A stretch of DNA of 64,000 nucleotides from contig CBDDFN010000019.1 of NCBI GenBank assembly GCA_965227065.1, forward strand, positions 6,731 through 70,730, in the 5' to 3' direction. The notes under the pieces were generated by a model. The model was not told where the DNA came from, did not search any database, and worked only from the letters and a program-made list of their open reading frames with translations. The translations under genes and the position numbers were made by a program. Source of the DNA: Alphaproteobacteria bacterium (lineage in GTDB: Bacteria; Pseudomonadota; Alphaproteobacteria; SPJN01). This document shows, in pieces, positions 1 through 10,103 of this stretch. How positions within the stretch are numbered: the stretch's first letter is position 1; the number at the start of each line of letters is the position of its first letter.

Positions 1-128
1 GTCATGGTTCCTTCATTTGATTAGCGGTTCAGTTTTCGGAATCTTGGGCCCGTAACGCCCGGATTTTCCGGGCTTCCTTGGGGACCTGCCACCTGCGCCA
101 TTGATCGAGGCGACCGGGCTGGCTGGTT

Positions 129-1529
129 TTGGTTGAGAGGGGACACTCCGTGATTATCCTGATCCTGATCGTGGCTGCAGGTGTTGGAGGCTATTTCTAT
201 GGCCGCCGGCGCATCCTGGGCCTGATGCCGGAAGGGCCGTTTGCGGTCCGGTCGCAACCCAGCTTCCATGCAAGCTTTGTGGCCGCCTGGACCGTTCTGC
301 CGATCCTGCTGGTGACCGCGCTTTATCTGACCTGGGGACAGGGCCAGATTGCCAAGCAAATCGATGCGAAGCTGCCTGTTACCGTGCAAGAAATGCAGCC
401 GGGTGAAAAATCCCTGTTCGTCAATGATGCCGGGCGTCACCTTGAAGGCCAGCAAATCCTGCGCGAAATCACGCCGCTGCTGGAAGACACCTCCGCCATT
501 ATCGGCTCGGTCAATTCAAGCTGGCAGATGTATTATCTGGTCGTTGCGATTGTCGCGGGCCTTCTGGGGCTGTTGATCTCCAGCCGCTTCGTCAAGCCAA
601 GCTTCGGCGCACGGGAATCGACGGAAAAAATGGTCTACACCGTGTTGATCATTTTTGCCTCCATCGCGGTCTTCACGACCTTCGGCATTGTCATGTCGCT
701 GATTTTTGAGAGCATGCGCTTCTTCTCCATGGTCAGCTTCTGGGACTTCCTCACCGGCACCCATTGGAGCCCGATGACCGCGCCGCATGCCGACGCATCA
801 GAAGCCGATATGTCGAGCACTTTCGGCGCCGTCCCGATCTTCACCGGCACGCTGCTGATTACCGTGATCGCAATGATCGTGGCCGCCCCCATCGGCCTGC
901 TGTCGGCCATTTACCTGTCGGAGTTTGCTTCCAGCAAGGTGCGCGCCACAGCCAAACCGTTGCTGGAAATTCTCGCTGGTATCCCGACCGTGGTTTACGG
1001 CTTCTTCGCCGCGCTTGTGGTCGCCCCGCTGGTCAAGGATATGGGAACCGCCATCGGGCTTGAGACCAATGCGGGCTCAGCGCTCGCCGCCGGGGTCGTG
1101 ATGGGCATGATGATCATCCCGCTTGTCAGCTCCCTGTCCGATGATGTCATCAACGCCGTGCCGCAAAGCCTGCGGGATGCCGCCTACGGCATGGGCGCCA
1201 CCCACGCCGAAACGGTCCGTCAGGTCATTTTGCCTGCTGCCCTGCCCGGTATTGTCGGGGCCATGCTGCTGGCGGTCTCACGCGCCATTGGCGAGACCAT
1301 GATCGTGGTGATGGCCACCGGCACGCTTGCCAACCTCACCGCCAATCCGCTGGAAGCGGTGACAACGGTGACGGTGCAGATCGTGACCCTGCTGGTCGGT
1401 GACCAGGAATTTGACAGCCCCCAAACGCTCTCGGCCTTTGCGCTGGGCATGGTGCTGTTTGTTATCACCCTTGGCTTGAACGTGATCGCGCTGCGCGTGG
1501 TCGAGAAGTATCGGGAACAATATGACTGA
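129..1529 (+). CDS. pstC: phosphate ABC transporter permease PstC
   Basis: 466-aa multi-TM ORF with a long N-terminal extension of the kind seen in alphaproteobacterial PstC, followed by pstA-pstB-phoU in canonical order. The start may lie further upstream, outside the window. Confidence 0.85.
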   Translation: MVERGHSVIILILIVAAGVGGYFYGRRRILGLMPEGPFAVRSQPSFHASFVAAWTVLPILLVTALYLTWGQGQIAKQIDAKLPVTVQEMQPGEKSLFVNDAGRHLEGQQILREITPLLEDTSAIIGSVNSSWQMYYLVVAIVAGLLGLLISSRFVKPSFGARESTEKMVYTVLIIFASIAVFTTFGIVMSLIFESMRFFSMVSFWDFLTGTHWSPMTAPHADASEADMSSTFGAVPIFTGTLLITVIAMIVAAPIGLLSAIYLSEFASSKVRATAKPLLEILAGIPTVVYGFFAALVVAPLVKDMGTAIGLETNAGSALAAGVVMGMMIIPLVSSLSDDVINAVPQSLRDAAYGMGATHAETVRQVILPAALPGIVGAMLLAVSRAIGETMIVVMATGTLANLTANPLEAVTTVTVQIVTLLVGDQEFDSPQTLSAFALGMVLFVITLGLNVIALRVVEKYREQYD

Positions 1530-2838
1530 TATCACCCCCAACCAAGCGGGCGGATATGTCTCCCCGCACTCCACCGACGCGGCGCTCAAGCGTGTTCAGG
1601 CCCGCAAACGGCAAAATGCCCGTTTCAAGGCTTACGGCCTGGCAGCGATTGTCGTTGCGCTGCTGGCCCTCGTCTTTCTTCTCTCCACCCTGGTCGTTCA
1701 GGGGGCGGGCGCTTTCTTTGCCCACCAGGTGAGTATCTCGGTTGAGCTAAAAGAAGATGTGATCGACCCCACGGGGGAGCGCAATCTCGAAGACCTGGCC
1801 GGTGCCAACTATTACACGCTGGTCAAACAATCGACCTATGCGCTGTTCCCCGAGGTTACCGGCCGCCGGGACAAGCGCAGCCTGTTCGAGATCATGTCAA
1901 TCGGCGCCCAGGATGCCCTGCGCGAAGCTGTTCTGGCTGATCCCAGCATCATCGGCTCAACAGTCGAGGTTTCGGTGCCGGTGTCTGACGATGCCGACAT
2001 GTATCTGAAAGGCCATATCAAGCGTGACACGCCTGAAGGCCAGCGCCGTGTATCGGACCAGCAGATGGATTGGCTCGACACGCTGCAAGAAGACGGCAAA
2101 ATCGCCAGCAAATTCAACGCCCGCTTCTTCACAACCGGCGACAGCCGCGAGGCTGAACTAGCCGGTATTCTGGGTGCGCTGGTCGGATCGATGTTCACCA
2201 TGATGGTGACGCTGGTCTTGAGCTTCCCGATTGCGGTGGGCGCGGCCATCTATCTGGAAGAGTTTGCGCCGAAAAACCAGCTCACCCGGCTGATCGAGGT
2301 CAACATCAACAATCTCGCGGCGGTGCCCTCGATTGTGTTCGGTCTTTTGGGTCTTGCCATTTTTATCAACTTTTTCGGACTACCCCGATCCGCGCCGCTT
2401 GTTGGCGGGATGGTGCTCGCGCTGATGACGGTTCCCACCATCATCATCGCAACACGGGCGGCGCTGAAAGCGGTTCCCCCGTCGATCCGCGAAGGCGCGC
2501 TGGGCGTTGGCGCATCGAAAATGCAGGCGGTGTTCCACCATGTCCTGCCGCTTGCGATGCCCGGTATTCTGACCGGCACCATTCTGGGCCTGGCCCAGGC
2601 CCTGGGTGAAACCGCGCCGCTTCTGATGATCGGTATGGTGGCCTTTGTGGTTGATATTCCCGGCTCCGTCACCGACGCCTCCACCGTGCTTCCGGTCCAG
2701 ATCTACCTGTGGGCGGATGCGGCGGAACGCGCCTTTGTTGAAAAGACCTCAGCTGCGATCATGGTGCTGTTGGCATTCCTGATTTCCATGAACGCGTTGG
2801 CCATTTATTTGCGGAAACGCTTCGAGCGCCGCTGGTAG
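1522..2838 (+). CDS. pstA: phosphate ABC transporter permease PstA
   Basis: 438-aa permease with N-terminal TM, a large periplasmic loop and a C-terminal ABC transmembrane domain. It overlaps the pstC stop by 8 bp, suggesting translational coupling. Confidence 0.88.
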   Translation: MTDITPNQAGGYVSPHSTDAALKRVQARKRQNARFKAYGLAAIVVALLALVFLLSTLVVQGAGAFFAHQVSISVELKEDVIDPTGERNLEDLAGANYYTLVKQSTYALFPEVTGRRDKRSLFEIMSIGAQDALREAVLADPSIIGSTVEVSVPVSDDADMYLKGHIKRDTPEGQRRVSDQQMDWLDTLQEDGKIASKFNARFFTTGDSREAELAGILGALVGSMFTMMVTLVLSFPIAVGAAIYLEEFAPKNQLTRLIEVNINNLAAVPSIVFGLLGLAIFINFFGLPRSAPLVGGMVLALMTVPTIIIATRAALKAVPPSIREGALGVGASKMQAVFHHVLPLAMPGILTGTILGLAQALGETAPLLMIGMVAFVVDIPGSVTDASTVLPVQIYLWADAAERAFVEKTSAAIMVLLAFLISMNALAIYLRKRFERRW

Positions 2839-2865
2839 TATCGAGACACCGAGAGGATTAGTTCC

Positions 2866-3666
2866 ATGGATGTTCAAGTTAAATCACAAGGTGCCGTCGA
2901 AACTGCACCGGAAATCAAGATCAAGTCCCGCGGCGTGGACGTGCACTATGGCGAGAAACAAGCCCTGTTCGGCGTTGATCTCGACATTCCCGCCCGCACC
3001 GTCACCGCGCTGATCGGCCCTTCGGGGTGTGGCAAGTCCACCTATCTGCGCTGCCTGAACCGCATGAACGACACGATTGATGTCTGCCGGGTCGGCGGCT
3101 CGATCGAGCTTGATGGTCAAAATATTTATGACCCCAAGCTTGACGTTGTTCAGCTGCGCGCCCGGGTCGGCATGGTGTTCCAGAAGCCCAACCCGTTCCC
3201 CAAATCGATCTATGAAAACATCGCCTATGGCCCGAAAATTCACGGCCTGGCGAAGTCGAAAGCTGATCTGGACGAGATTGTTGAAAAGTCGCTCATCCGC
3301 GCGGGCCTGTGGAACGAGGTCAAAGACCGCCTCGACGAACAGGGCACCGGCATGTCGGGTGGCCAGCAGCAGCGCCTGTGCATCGCACGCGCCGTTGCGG
3401 TTGACCCCGAAGTCATCCTGATGGATGAGCCCTGCTCGGCACTCGATCCCATCGCAACCGCCAAGGTTGAAGAGCTGATCGACGAGCTGCGCGAGAATTA
3501 TACGATTGTGATCGTGACGCACTCCATGCAGCAGGCCGCGCGCGTGTCGCAGAAAACCGCCTTCTTCCATTTGGGCCTGATGGTTGAGTGGGGCGACACC
3601 TCCGACATCTTCACCAATCCGGTGGACAAGCGCACCCAGGACTACATCACGGGCCGCTTTGGTTAA
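2866..3666 (+). CDS. pstB: phosphate ABC transporter ATP-binding protein PstB
   Basis: Walker [13 protein letters not shown] signature [14 protein letters not shown] and Walker B ILMDEP. A GAGG-type RBS sits upstream. Confidence 0.95.
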   Translation: MDVQVKSQGAVETAPEIKIKSRGVDVHYGEKQALFGVDLDIPARTVTALIGPSGCGKSTYLRCLNRMNDTIDVCRVGGSIELDGQNIYDPKLDVVQLRARVGMVFQKPNPFPKSIYENIAYGPKIHGLAKSKADLDEIVEKSLIRAGLWNEVKDRLDEQGTGMSGGQQQRLCIARAVAVDPEVILMDEPCSALDPIATAKVEELIDELRENYTIVIVTHSMQQAARVSQKTAFFHLGLMVEWGDTSDIFTNPVDKRTQDYITGRFG

Positions 3667-3751
3667 GCGCCGCGATAGAGTATGATCAAAGGGGCCGCAA
3701 CGACGGCCCCTTTTTTCTAGGCAATGATAATAATCTTGTGCGGGTGTCCCC

Positions 3752-4466
3752 ATGGTCTCACATCACGATAAAGACCCTCATACCGTCCACTCTTATGATG
3801 ATGAGCTGGACGCAATTCAGGCCACCATCCGCCGCATGGGCGCCATGACGGCCGAACAGGTCGCCATGACCGTGCGCGCCTTTCAGATGGGCGATGAAAA
3901 ACGCGCCCGCACGGTGATCGACGTCGACAAGACCGTCGACACGCTCGAGGCCGAGATCAATGAGCTGATTGTGCAATTGCTCGCCAAACGCGCGCCGGTG
4001 GCCATTGATCTGCGGGAAATCATCTCCTCGCTCAAAATCGCGGGCTTTCTGGAGCGGATCGGCGATTACGCCAAGAACTGTGCCAAACGGGTGCGCGCGC
4101 TCGACAATGGCGATTCGGTCTCACCGGTGCGCCATGCGCTGGTCAAGGTCGGCAGCCAGGCTGAAGTGCTGATCCGCGAAGTGATGGACGCCCATACCCA
4201 TCGCGACGCCCTCAAGGCGCTGGCGGTATGGGAAGCCGATGCCGAGCTTGATGCACTGCACGCCCAGACCCATCAATTGATCCTGAGCGAAATGCGCAAG
4301 GACCCTGAGCTGGTCCATGATTATGCGCATCTGCTGTTCTTCTCCAAGAATCTGGAAGCGGATCGGCGATCACTGCACCAATATCGCCGAAGAAGTGCAT
4401 TTCTTCATCACCGGCCATGAGCCCGAGGAAGACCGCCCCAAGGCCGACGACACCGCCTCGTCCTGA
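3752..4466 (+). CDS. phoU: phosphate signalling regulator PhoU, with an apparent +1 frameshift near the C-terminus
   Basis: Two PhoU repeats are present. The called ORF ends at 4420 as ...FSKNLEADRRSLHQYRRRSAFLHHRP. The adjacent frame instead reads RIGDHCTNIAEEVHFFITGHEPEEDRPKADDTASS to a stop at 4466, which is the conserved PhoU C-terminus. An extra nucleotide near 4353-4358 is implied (gaaGcggatc versus expected gaacggatc). Confidence 0.8.
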
Positions 4467-4501
4467 GGCGCACCGGCACGTTTGTCCCGGCAATGACGGA
4501 A

Positions 4502-4550
4502 GGGAGGATGTCTTACAAGAGGCCCCTCCCCCGCGTCTGATTATTTCTTC
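4502..4550. terminator. candidate hairpin terminator between convergent phoU and the LLM gene
   Basis: A GGGAGG / CCTCCC stem (4502-4507 / 4525-4530) with a 17-nt loop, followed by a T-rich run (tctgattatttcttc). Confidence 0.3.
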
Positions 4551-5779
4551 GCGCGGTCCTCAGCCATTTTGGCCATGTTCTGCACATATTGATCGTCGGT
4601 ATCGCCCTTGCCCGCGCGGTCAATGGCGTAATCCATGACGCGCTTGGTGATGGCTTTTTCCACCGCGCCCATAAAGGTGGGGCGGTTTTCCGCCGACCAG
4701 TGATAGCTTGCCTCGCGGTTCTTGTTGAGCCCCTGCACGCGCGGGAAGACATAGCGCGCCATCAGCTCATAAGAGCGTTTGGTCTCGGCAAAATCGGCCC
4801 AATTGTGCGCCATTTGCAGGAAGCAGCCAAAGCCGCCCGATTCTTCGCTCAACCGTTCGATCTGGGCAACCGCATCGTCAGGCGTGCCGATCACCGCCAT
4901 GCCTGAATTGATCATGGCATCGACGGGATCGGTGCCATCATCAGGCGCCAGCGGCAGGGCGGCCACTTCGCGGAAATATTTCAGCCAGTTGGTCAGCCCG
5001 AAGCGGACATTCTCGCGTGCCTTCTCGCGCGTCTCGGCAATATGCATCGGCCCGACAAGCCGCCATTGATTGCGGACCATCACCTGGCCGTTTTCCGCCG
5101 CCACTTTCTCGGCAATCGCCCAGTTGGGGGCAAGCGCGTTGAACCCGCCGGTTGAGGTGGCGCCAATCGACAGCAGACCAAGCCCGTGTTTACCCGCCGC
5201 TTGCGCGCCGGTCGGAGACACCTGGCTGGCCGCGCACATCTCAACACCGCCTTCGGTATAGGGCACCATTTGCAGCCGCGCCTCTTGCAGGGTGAACCAG
5301 TCGGTCTGCGCCGACACGGTTTCCCCGCGCAGCAGCGGCACGATCACCTCGATGGCTTCATCCATCATGTCGCGCTGGCGTTCGGGATTGATGCCCATCA
5401 TGAAGGCGTCCGAGGGCAGCGCACCGGGGCCCATGCCGAACATCACCCGGCCGCGGGTGTAGTAATCAAGCTGGTTGATCCGGTCGGCCAGCATCAAGGG
5501 CTGGTGATAGGGCAGCGATGATACGCCGGTGCCAAGCTTGATATGTTTGGTGCGCGGGGCGGCCATGGCGATCATCAGCTCGGGGCTCGCAATGATTTCA
5601 AAGCCCGCCGAGTGATGCTCGCCAAACCACATTTCATCATAGCCCAGCGTGTCCATCCACTCGGTCAACTCAAGATCACGTTCCAGGCACAGGCCCGGAT
5701 TTTCATCGATCATGTGGAAGGGTGCCAGAAAGGCGCCAAAGCGCATACGGCCCAAAGCGTTGGTCATGTCGTCCCCCAT
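4541..5779 (-). CDS. LLM-class flavin-dependent oxidoreductase (luciferase-like monooxygenase)
   Basis: 412-aa ORF with an N-terminal MRFGAFLAPFH...WFGEHH motif typical of the LLM family. The true start is probably at MTNALG (5767) or MRFGAF (5746). Confidence 0.8.
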   Translation of the reverse strand: MGDDMTNALGRMRFGAFLAPFHMIDENPGLCLERDLELTEWMDTLGYDEMWFGEHHSAGFEIIASPELMIAMAAPRTKHIKLGTGVSSLPYHQPLMLADRINQLDYYTRGRVMFGMGPGALPSDAFMMGINPERQRDMMDEAIEVIVPLLRGETVSAQTDWFTLQEARLQMVPYTEGGVEMCAASQVSPTGAQAAGKHGLGLLSIGATSTGGFNALAPNWAIAEKVAAENGQVMVRNQWRLVGPMHIAETREKARENVRFGLTNWLKYFREVAALPLAPDDGTDPVDAMINSGMAVIGTPDDAVAQIERLSEESGGFGCFLQMAHNWADFAETKRSYELMARYVFPRVQGLNKNREASYHWSAENRPTFMGAVEKAITKRVMDYAIDRAGKGDTDDQYVQNMAKMAEDRAKK

Positions 5780-5953
5780 TCGGTGTCGCGCGCACCGCTT
5801 GTTCCCAGTGCGGTTTTCAGTGCGGTTTTCAGCGATGATTAAATGTCAGCTTGGCCATGGTAGCGGGGATGGCCCACTGATCCAACCGCTCATTGCGGCC
5901 CGTTGGCTCTGAAATCATTGACCTGGGCGCAAGGGACGCGGCTTTCTACGGAT

Positions 5954-6356
5954 ATGAAACCGTCTTCGCAGTCCACCCCGTTCGCCCTTCTGTTCTGGCT
6001 TGGCTTCGCCCTGCTGGCCGCCCATGAGATGGACGCCATGGTGCGCCATGAATGGCGGTTGTTGCCCGGCTTTGCGATGATCAGCGATGATGACCTGGCG
6101 CGTGATCTGTTCACGCTCGCCCATATCCCGCTCTTTGGCACTGCTGTGGTGGATGGCAAGCCATCCAGGTCCGGGCGTGCGGCGGCGCACCCAGATGGGG
6201 GTTGATCTGTTCCTGATCGCCCATGCGCTCGTTCATTTCGCCCTGTCGGGCCATCATCTGTATGAGTTCGTTCCACCGGTTGAAACCATCACTGTCTATG
6301 GCGGCGGGCTGGTCGGGGCCATGCATCTTGCCGCGCTGGCCAGAATCCGCGTATGA
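5954..6356 (+). CDS. small multi-TM hypothetical membrane protein, apparently frameshifted
   Basis: An ORF beginning at the ATG at 5954 (MKPSSQSTPFALLFWLGFALLAAHEMDA...) ends at 6205. A second frame (6087-6356) continues as a hydrophobic protein (...LLWWMASHPGPG...LFLIAHALVHFALSGHHLYEF...). Deleting one g near 6150 (tttgGcactg) joins the two into a ~134-aa 4-TM protein. Confidence 0.4.
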
Positions 6357-6378
6357 CACCCCCGAAGTCCGCAAAGCT

Positions 6379-6465
6379 GGCCGCTTGCTGGAATTGGTAG
6401 ACAGACCGGACTTAAAATCCGTTGGGGTTCGCCCCGTGTGGGTTCAAGTCCCACAGCGGCCACCA
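6379..6465 (+). tRNA. tRNA-Leu (anticodon TAA), type II with long variable arm, CCA encoded
   Basis: Acceptor stem GGCCGCT / AGCGGCC, D-loop AATTGGTAGA, anticodon loop CTTAAAA, a long variable arm, and T-arm GTGGG-TTCAAGT-CCCAC followed by discriminator A and CCA. Confidence 0.85.
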
Positions 6466-7233
6466 CTATCCCTGCTGGGCTTGCGACAGGTCGTAATCGA
6501 GCGGCTCGGCCCCCATCGACCGGATAAGCGCGCGGACGGCTTCGGCGGCCTCTTCAAGCCCCTCTGCGCGGCTTCTGAGCACGATGGAGGCCCCCAGCTT
6601 GCCGCCGCCATAATAGGGGTAACAGCCAATATCGACGTCGGGGTGCCGGGCGGCAATCACGCTCAACCCGCCGCCCAGATCGCCTTCGGCCACCAGGGCC
6701 GAGACGGTGACATTGCGCATGGGCGGGCCGCCTGCAATCTCATGTTTGATTGAGCGCAGCATGGCCTGCATGATCACCGGCACACCGGCCATCACGAACA
6801 CATTGCCCAGCCGGAAGCCCGGCGCCTTGGACACCGGATTCTCAATCAGCGTGGCGCCATCAGGAATGCGCGCCATGCGTTTGCGGGCCTCGGTGAAATC
6901 CTGATCCTCATAATGGGCCTCAAGGATCGCCATGGCTTCGGGGTGATAGTCAATCGCCACCCCGAACGCTTTGGCCACGCAATCGGCGGTGATGTCATCA
7001 TGGGTCGGCCCGATGCCGCCGGTGGTAAACAGATAGGTGTAGCGCGCGCGCAGCGCGTTCACGGCCGCCACGATCTCGGCCTCGTCATCGGGAATGGTGC
7101 GCGCCTCGGCGACATCAACCCCCATCGCGCCCAGCCATTGGGCAATGGTCGACAGGTTGGTGTCGCGGGTGCGGCCCGACAGAATTTCATTGCCGATAAT
7201 CAGAATGGCGGCGGTTGGCGTTGCAGAGCTCAT
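6466..7233 (-). CDS. CinA-like / MoaB-MogA-type molybdopterin-binding domain protein
   Basis: 255-aa protein with the MoCF-biosynthesis-domain motifs AAILIIGNEILSGRTRDTN and FTTGGIGPTHDDIT. Its stop codon directly abuts the 3' end of tRNA-Leu. Confidence 0.75.
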   Translation of the reverse strand: MSSATPTAAILIIGNEILSGRTRDTNLSTIAQWLGAMGVDVAEARTIPDDEAEIVAAVNALRARYTYLFTTGGIGPTHDDITADCVAKAFGVAIDYHPEAMAILEAHYEDQDFTEARKRMARIPDGATLIENPVSKAPGFRLGNVFVMAGVPVIMQAMLRSIKHEIAGGPPMRNVTVSALVAEGDLGGGLSVIAARHPDVDIGCYPYYGGGKLGASIVLRSRAEGLEEAAEAVRALIRSMGAEPLDYDLSQAQQG

Positions 7234-7297
7234 ATGACAGTCTCATTCATGCTGATTGCCCTCACTTTATCCCCTCTTTTCGCCCGAAACCAAGCCC

Positions 7298-7993
7298 ATG
7301 CAATTTGATCCCCCGCTCATCCCAGCCACATTGGTGCGCCGCTACAAACGCTTCTTGTCTGACATAACGCTGGAAAGCGGTGAGGAGATCACCGCCCATG
7401 TCGCCAATCCCGGCGCGATGACGGGGCTTGCGGAACCCGGCTCCACCGTGTGGCTTTCCCGGTCCGATGATCCCAAGCGCAAACTGAAATGGAGCTGGCA
7501 GCTCGCCACCGCCCCAAACGGCGCACTGGTCTGCGTCAATACCGGGCTGACCAACAGGCTTGTGGAAGAGGGCTTGCGCGCCAACGCCATCCCCGGGCTT
7601 GACGGTGCCATTCGCCGCGAGGTCAAGACCGGCGACAGCCGCCTTGATTTTCTGCTCGGTGAAAACACTTATGTGGAGGTCAAGGCCGTCACCCTGTCGC
7701 GCCGGCCGGGATGGGCCGAATTTCCCGATGCCAAAACCGCGCGCGGGGCCAAACATCTTAACGAATTGAAGCGCTTGCGGCAGGAGGGGCATCGGGCGGC
7801 CATGCTGTATGTCGCCATGCGGGACGATTGCACGCGCTTTGGCATCGCCGCAGATATTGATTTGGCCTATGCTGAGGCCTTAAAAGACGCGTGTGACGCG
7901 GGCGTTGAAATCATCACCGCCTGTGTCGAGGCAACCCCCCAAGGGCTCACCCTCATCGCTGACCGCAAACTGGACTGGACCAGAACCGAGTGA
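7298..7993 (+). CDS. sfsA: sugar fermentation stimulation protein SfsA
   Basis: The N-terminus MQFDPPLIPATLVRRYKRFLSDI is SfsA-like. Length is ~231 aa from the ATG at 7298. Confidence 0.8.
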   Translation: MQFDPPLIPATLVRRYKRFLSDITLESGEEITAHVANPGAMTGLAEPGSTVWLSRSDDPKRKLKWSWQLATAPNGALVCVNTGLTNRLVEEGLRANAIPGLDGAIRREVKTGDSRLDFLLGENTYVEVKAVTLSRRPGWAEFPDAKTARGAKHLNELKRLRQEGHRAAMLYVAMRDDCTRFGIAADIDLAYAEALKDACDAGVEIITACVEATPQGLTLIADRKLDWTRTE

Positions 7994-8811
7994 CTTACGC
8001 AGACGCCGATACCATGCCGATGGCCCGGGGCCGTCAAATCCGCCTTCATTCCGAAGAGGATTTCAAAGGCATGCGCCGGGCAGGCCAGCTGGCCGCCCAG
8101 ACGCTTGATCTGCTGGCGCCGATGGTCCGGGCAGGCGTCACCACCGCCGAGCTTGACGATTTTGCGCGTGACTTCGCCTATAAGAATGGCGCGGTTCCCG
8201 CCCCGCTCAACTATCGCGGCTTTCCCAAGTCGATCTGCACCTCGATCAATCATGTGGTGTGCCACGGCATTCCCGATGACAAGCCGCTCAAGGAAGGTCA
8301 GATCATCAATATTGACGTGACGCTGATTGTCGATGGCTGGCATGGCGACACGAGCCGCATGTATGGCGTGGGCAAAATCCCGATCAAGGCCGCCCGGCTG
8401 ATCGACATCACCTATGAGGCGATGATGCGCGGCATTGCCATGGTCAAGCCTGGCAAGACGCTGGGCGATCTGGGCCACGCGATCCAGTCTTATGCCGAAG
8501 GGGAGCGTTGCTCCATCGTGCGCGATTTCTGCGGCCATGGCCTGGGCAAGGTCTTCCATGATGAGCCCAACATTCTGCATTACGGCACCCCCGGCACGGG
8601 ACCTGAATTCCGCCCCGGCATGTTCTTTACCGTTGAGCCGATGGTCAATCTGGGCAAGCCAAGCGTGAAAATCCTCAATGATGGCTGGACGGCCGTGACC
8701 CGCGACCGGTCCCTGTCGGCCCAGTTTGAGCATTCGGTCGGCGTTACCGAGGATGGCGTGGAAATCTTCACCGCCTCGCCCGCCGGACTGCATCAACCGA
8801 CCCACAGCTAA
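7990..8811 (+). CDS. map: type I methionine aminopeptidase
   Basis: Metal-binding motifs CHGIPDD, NIDVT and HGDTSRM are present, and length matches the pita-bread fold. The start is ambiguous between GTG at 7990 and ATG at 8014. Confidence 0.88.
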   Translation: MTYADADTMPMARGRQIRLHSEEDFKGMRRAGQLAAQTLDLLAPMVRAGVTTAELDDFARDFAYKNGAVPAPLNYRGFPKSICTSINHVVCHGIPDDKPLKEGQIINIDVTLIVDGWHGDTSRMYGVGKIPIKAARLIDITYEAMMRGIAMVKPGKTLGDLGHAIQSYAEGERCSIVRDFCGHGLGKVFHDEPNILHYGTPGTGPEFRPGMFFTVEPMVNLGKPSVKILNDGWTAVTRDRSLSAQFEHSVGVTEDGVEIFTASPAGLHQPTHS

Positions 8812-8814
8812 TCC

Positions 8815-9498
8815 ATGGCCGACGACAAGCCGCATTTTCATGGCCATCGCCAGCGGCTGCGCGACCGGTTCCTGAAAGGCGGTGCCGACGCGCTGGCCGA
8901 TTATGAGTTGCTTGAACTCATTCTGTTTCGCGCCCAGCCGCGCGGCGATGTCAAACCGCTGGCCAAAGCGCTGATTGATCAATTCGGGTCGGTGTCGGGC
9001 GTCATTGCCGCTGAGCCCTCAGCCCTGTCGGATGTCGCGGGACTGGGTCAGGCGGGCATTACCGAACTCAAGATCGTGCAGGCCGCCGCCATCCATCTGG
9101 CCCAGGCCCAGGTGATGAACAAGCCCGTCCTGTCGAGCTGGACCGCGCTGATCGACTATGCCCGCGCCGCCATGGCGCATGACAATGTCGAGCAGTTCCG
9201 CGTGCTGTTTCTGGACCGCAAAAATGTGCTGATCGCCGATGAGCTGCAATCGCGCGGCACGGTCGATGCCACCGCCGTCTATCCCCGCGAAGTGATGAAA
9301 CGGGCGGTTGCGCTCAATGCCAGCGCGGTAATTCTGGTGCACAATCACCCCTCGGGCGACCCCACCCCCAGCCGGGCCGACATCGACATGACCAAGAAAA
9401 TCGCAGAGGCGGGCAAGAGCCTGGGCATCACCGTGCATGATCATGTCGTCATCGGCAAATCCGAACATGCCAGCTTTAAAAGCTTGAGATTGTTATGA
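8815..9498 (+). CDS. radC: RadC-family JAB/MPN domain protein
   Basis: [18 protein letters not shown] (the JAMM motif) plus an N-terminal helix-hairpin-helix region. 227 aa. Confidence 0.88.
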   Translation: MADDKPHFHGHRQRLRDRFLKGGADALADYELLELILFRAQPRGDVKPLAKALIDQFGSVSGVIAAEPSALSDVAGLGQAGITELKIVQAAAIHLAQAQVMNKPVLSSWTALIDYARAAMAHDNVEQFRVLFLDRKNVLIADELQSRGTVDATAVYPREVMKRAVALNASAVILVHNHPSGDPTPSRADIDMTKKIAEAGKSLGITVHDHVVIGKSEHASFKSLRLL

Positions 9499-10079
9499 GT
9501 GAGCTTGCGCGCATCAAACAAAGGCTCGACGCCCATCCTGAGGCGCTGATCGAAATCGGCGATCAGCGGCATGCCGCCATCGCCATTGTCCTGCAAGGCC
9601 CCGACTTCCTGCTCACCCGCCGCCCCCGCGGGCTGCGGCGCCATGGCGGGCAATGGGCGCTGCCCGGCGGCCGGCTTGATCCCGGTGAAACCCCGCTTGA
9701 GGCCGCCATCCGCGAGGTTGAAGAGGAAATCGGCCTTCGCCTCACGCCTCAAAATTGCCTGGGACGGCTTGATGATTATCCCACCCAGACCGGCTTTGTG
9801 ATTTCACCCTTTGTTTTTGATGGCGGCACCGCCGAGCCCAAGCCCGACCCCACAGAAGTCGCCTCGATCCACCGCTTTGCCATGGATGTGCTGGCCCGCC
9901 CCGAAGCGGTGGAACTGGCACCCGCCCCGCGCGGCGATCAAAGCCTGGTGCGCATCCATCTGGGCTATCACCGCATCCATGCCCCCACCGGCGCCCTGCT
10001 CTACCAATTCCGCGAAGTTTGCCTCAAGGGCAAAACAACGCGGGTTGCGGACTTGAGCGAGCCCGACTGGGCACGATAA
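9495..10079 (+). CDS. NUDIX hydrolase (CoA pyrophosphatase-like)
   Basis: Nudix box [24 protein letters not shown]. It overlaps the radC stop by 4 bp. Confidence 0.8.
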   Translation: MSELARIKQRLDAHPEALIEIGDQRHAAIAIVLQGPDFLLTRRPRGLRRHGGQWALPGGRLDPGETPLEAAIREVEEEIGLRLTPQNCLGRLDDYPTQTGFVISPFVFDGGTAEPKPDPTEVASIHRFAMDVLARPEAVELAPAPRGDQSLVRIHLGYHRIHAPTGALLYQFREVCLKGKTTRVADLSEPDWAR

Positions 10080-10103
10080 AAGACCTTCAACTTTGGAAAC
10101 ATC

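Noticed and set aside
3667-4540. A phoB/phoR two-component pair expected downstream of phoU.
   Set aside because: It is not present. phoU is followed by a convergent LLM oxidoreductase gene, and pstS/phoB must lie outside this window.
6379-7233. Genomic island or prophage integrated at tRNA-Leu.
   Set aside because: No integrase, no direct repeat of the tRNA 3' end, and the flanking genes (cinA-like, sfsA, map) are core housekeeping.
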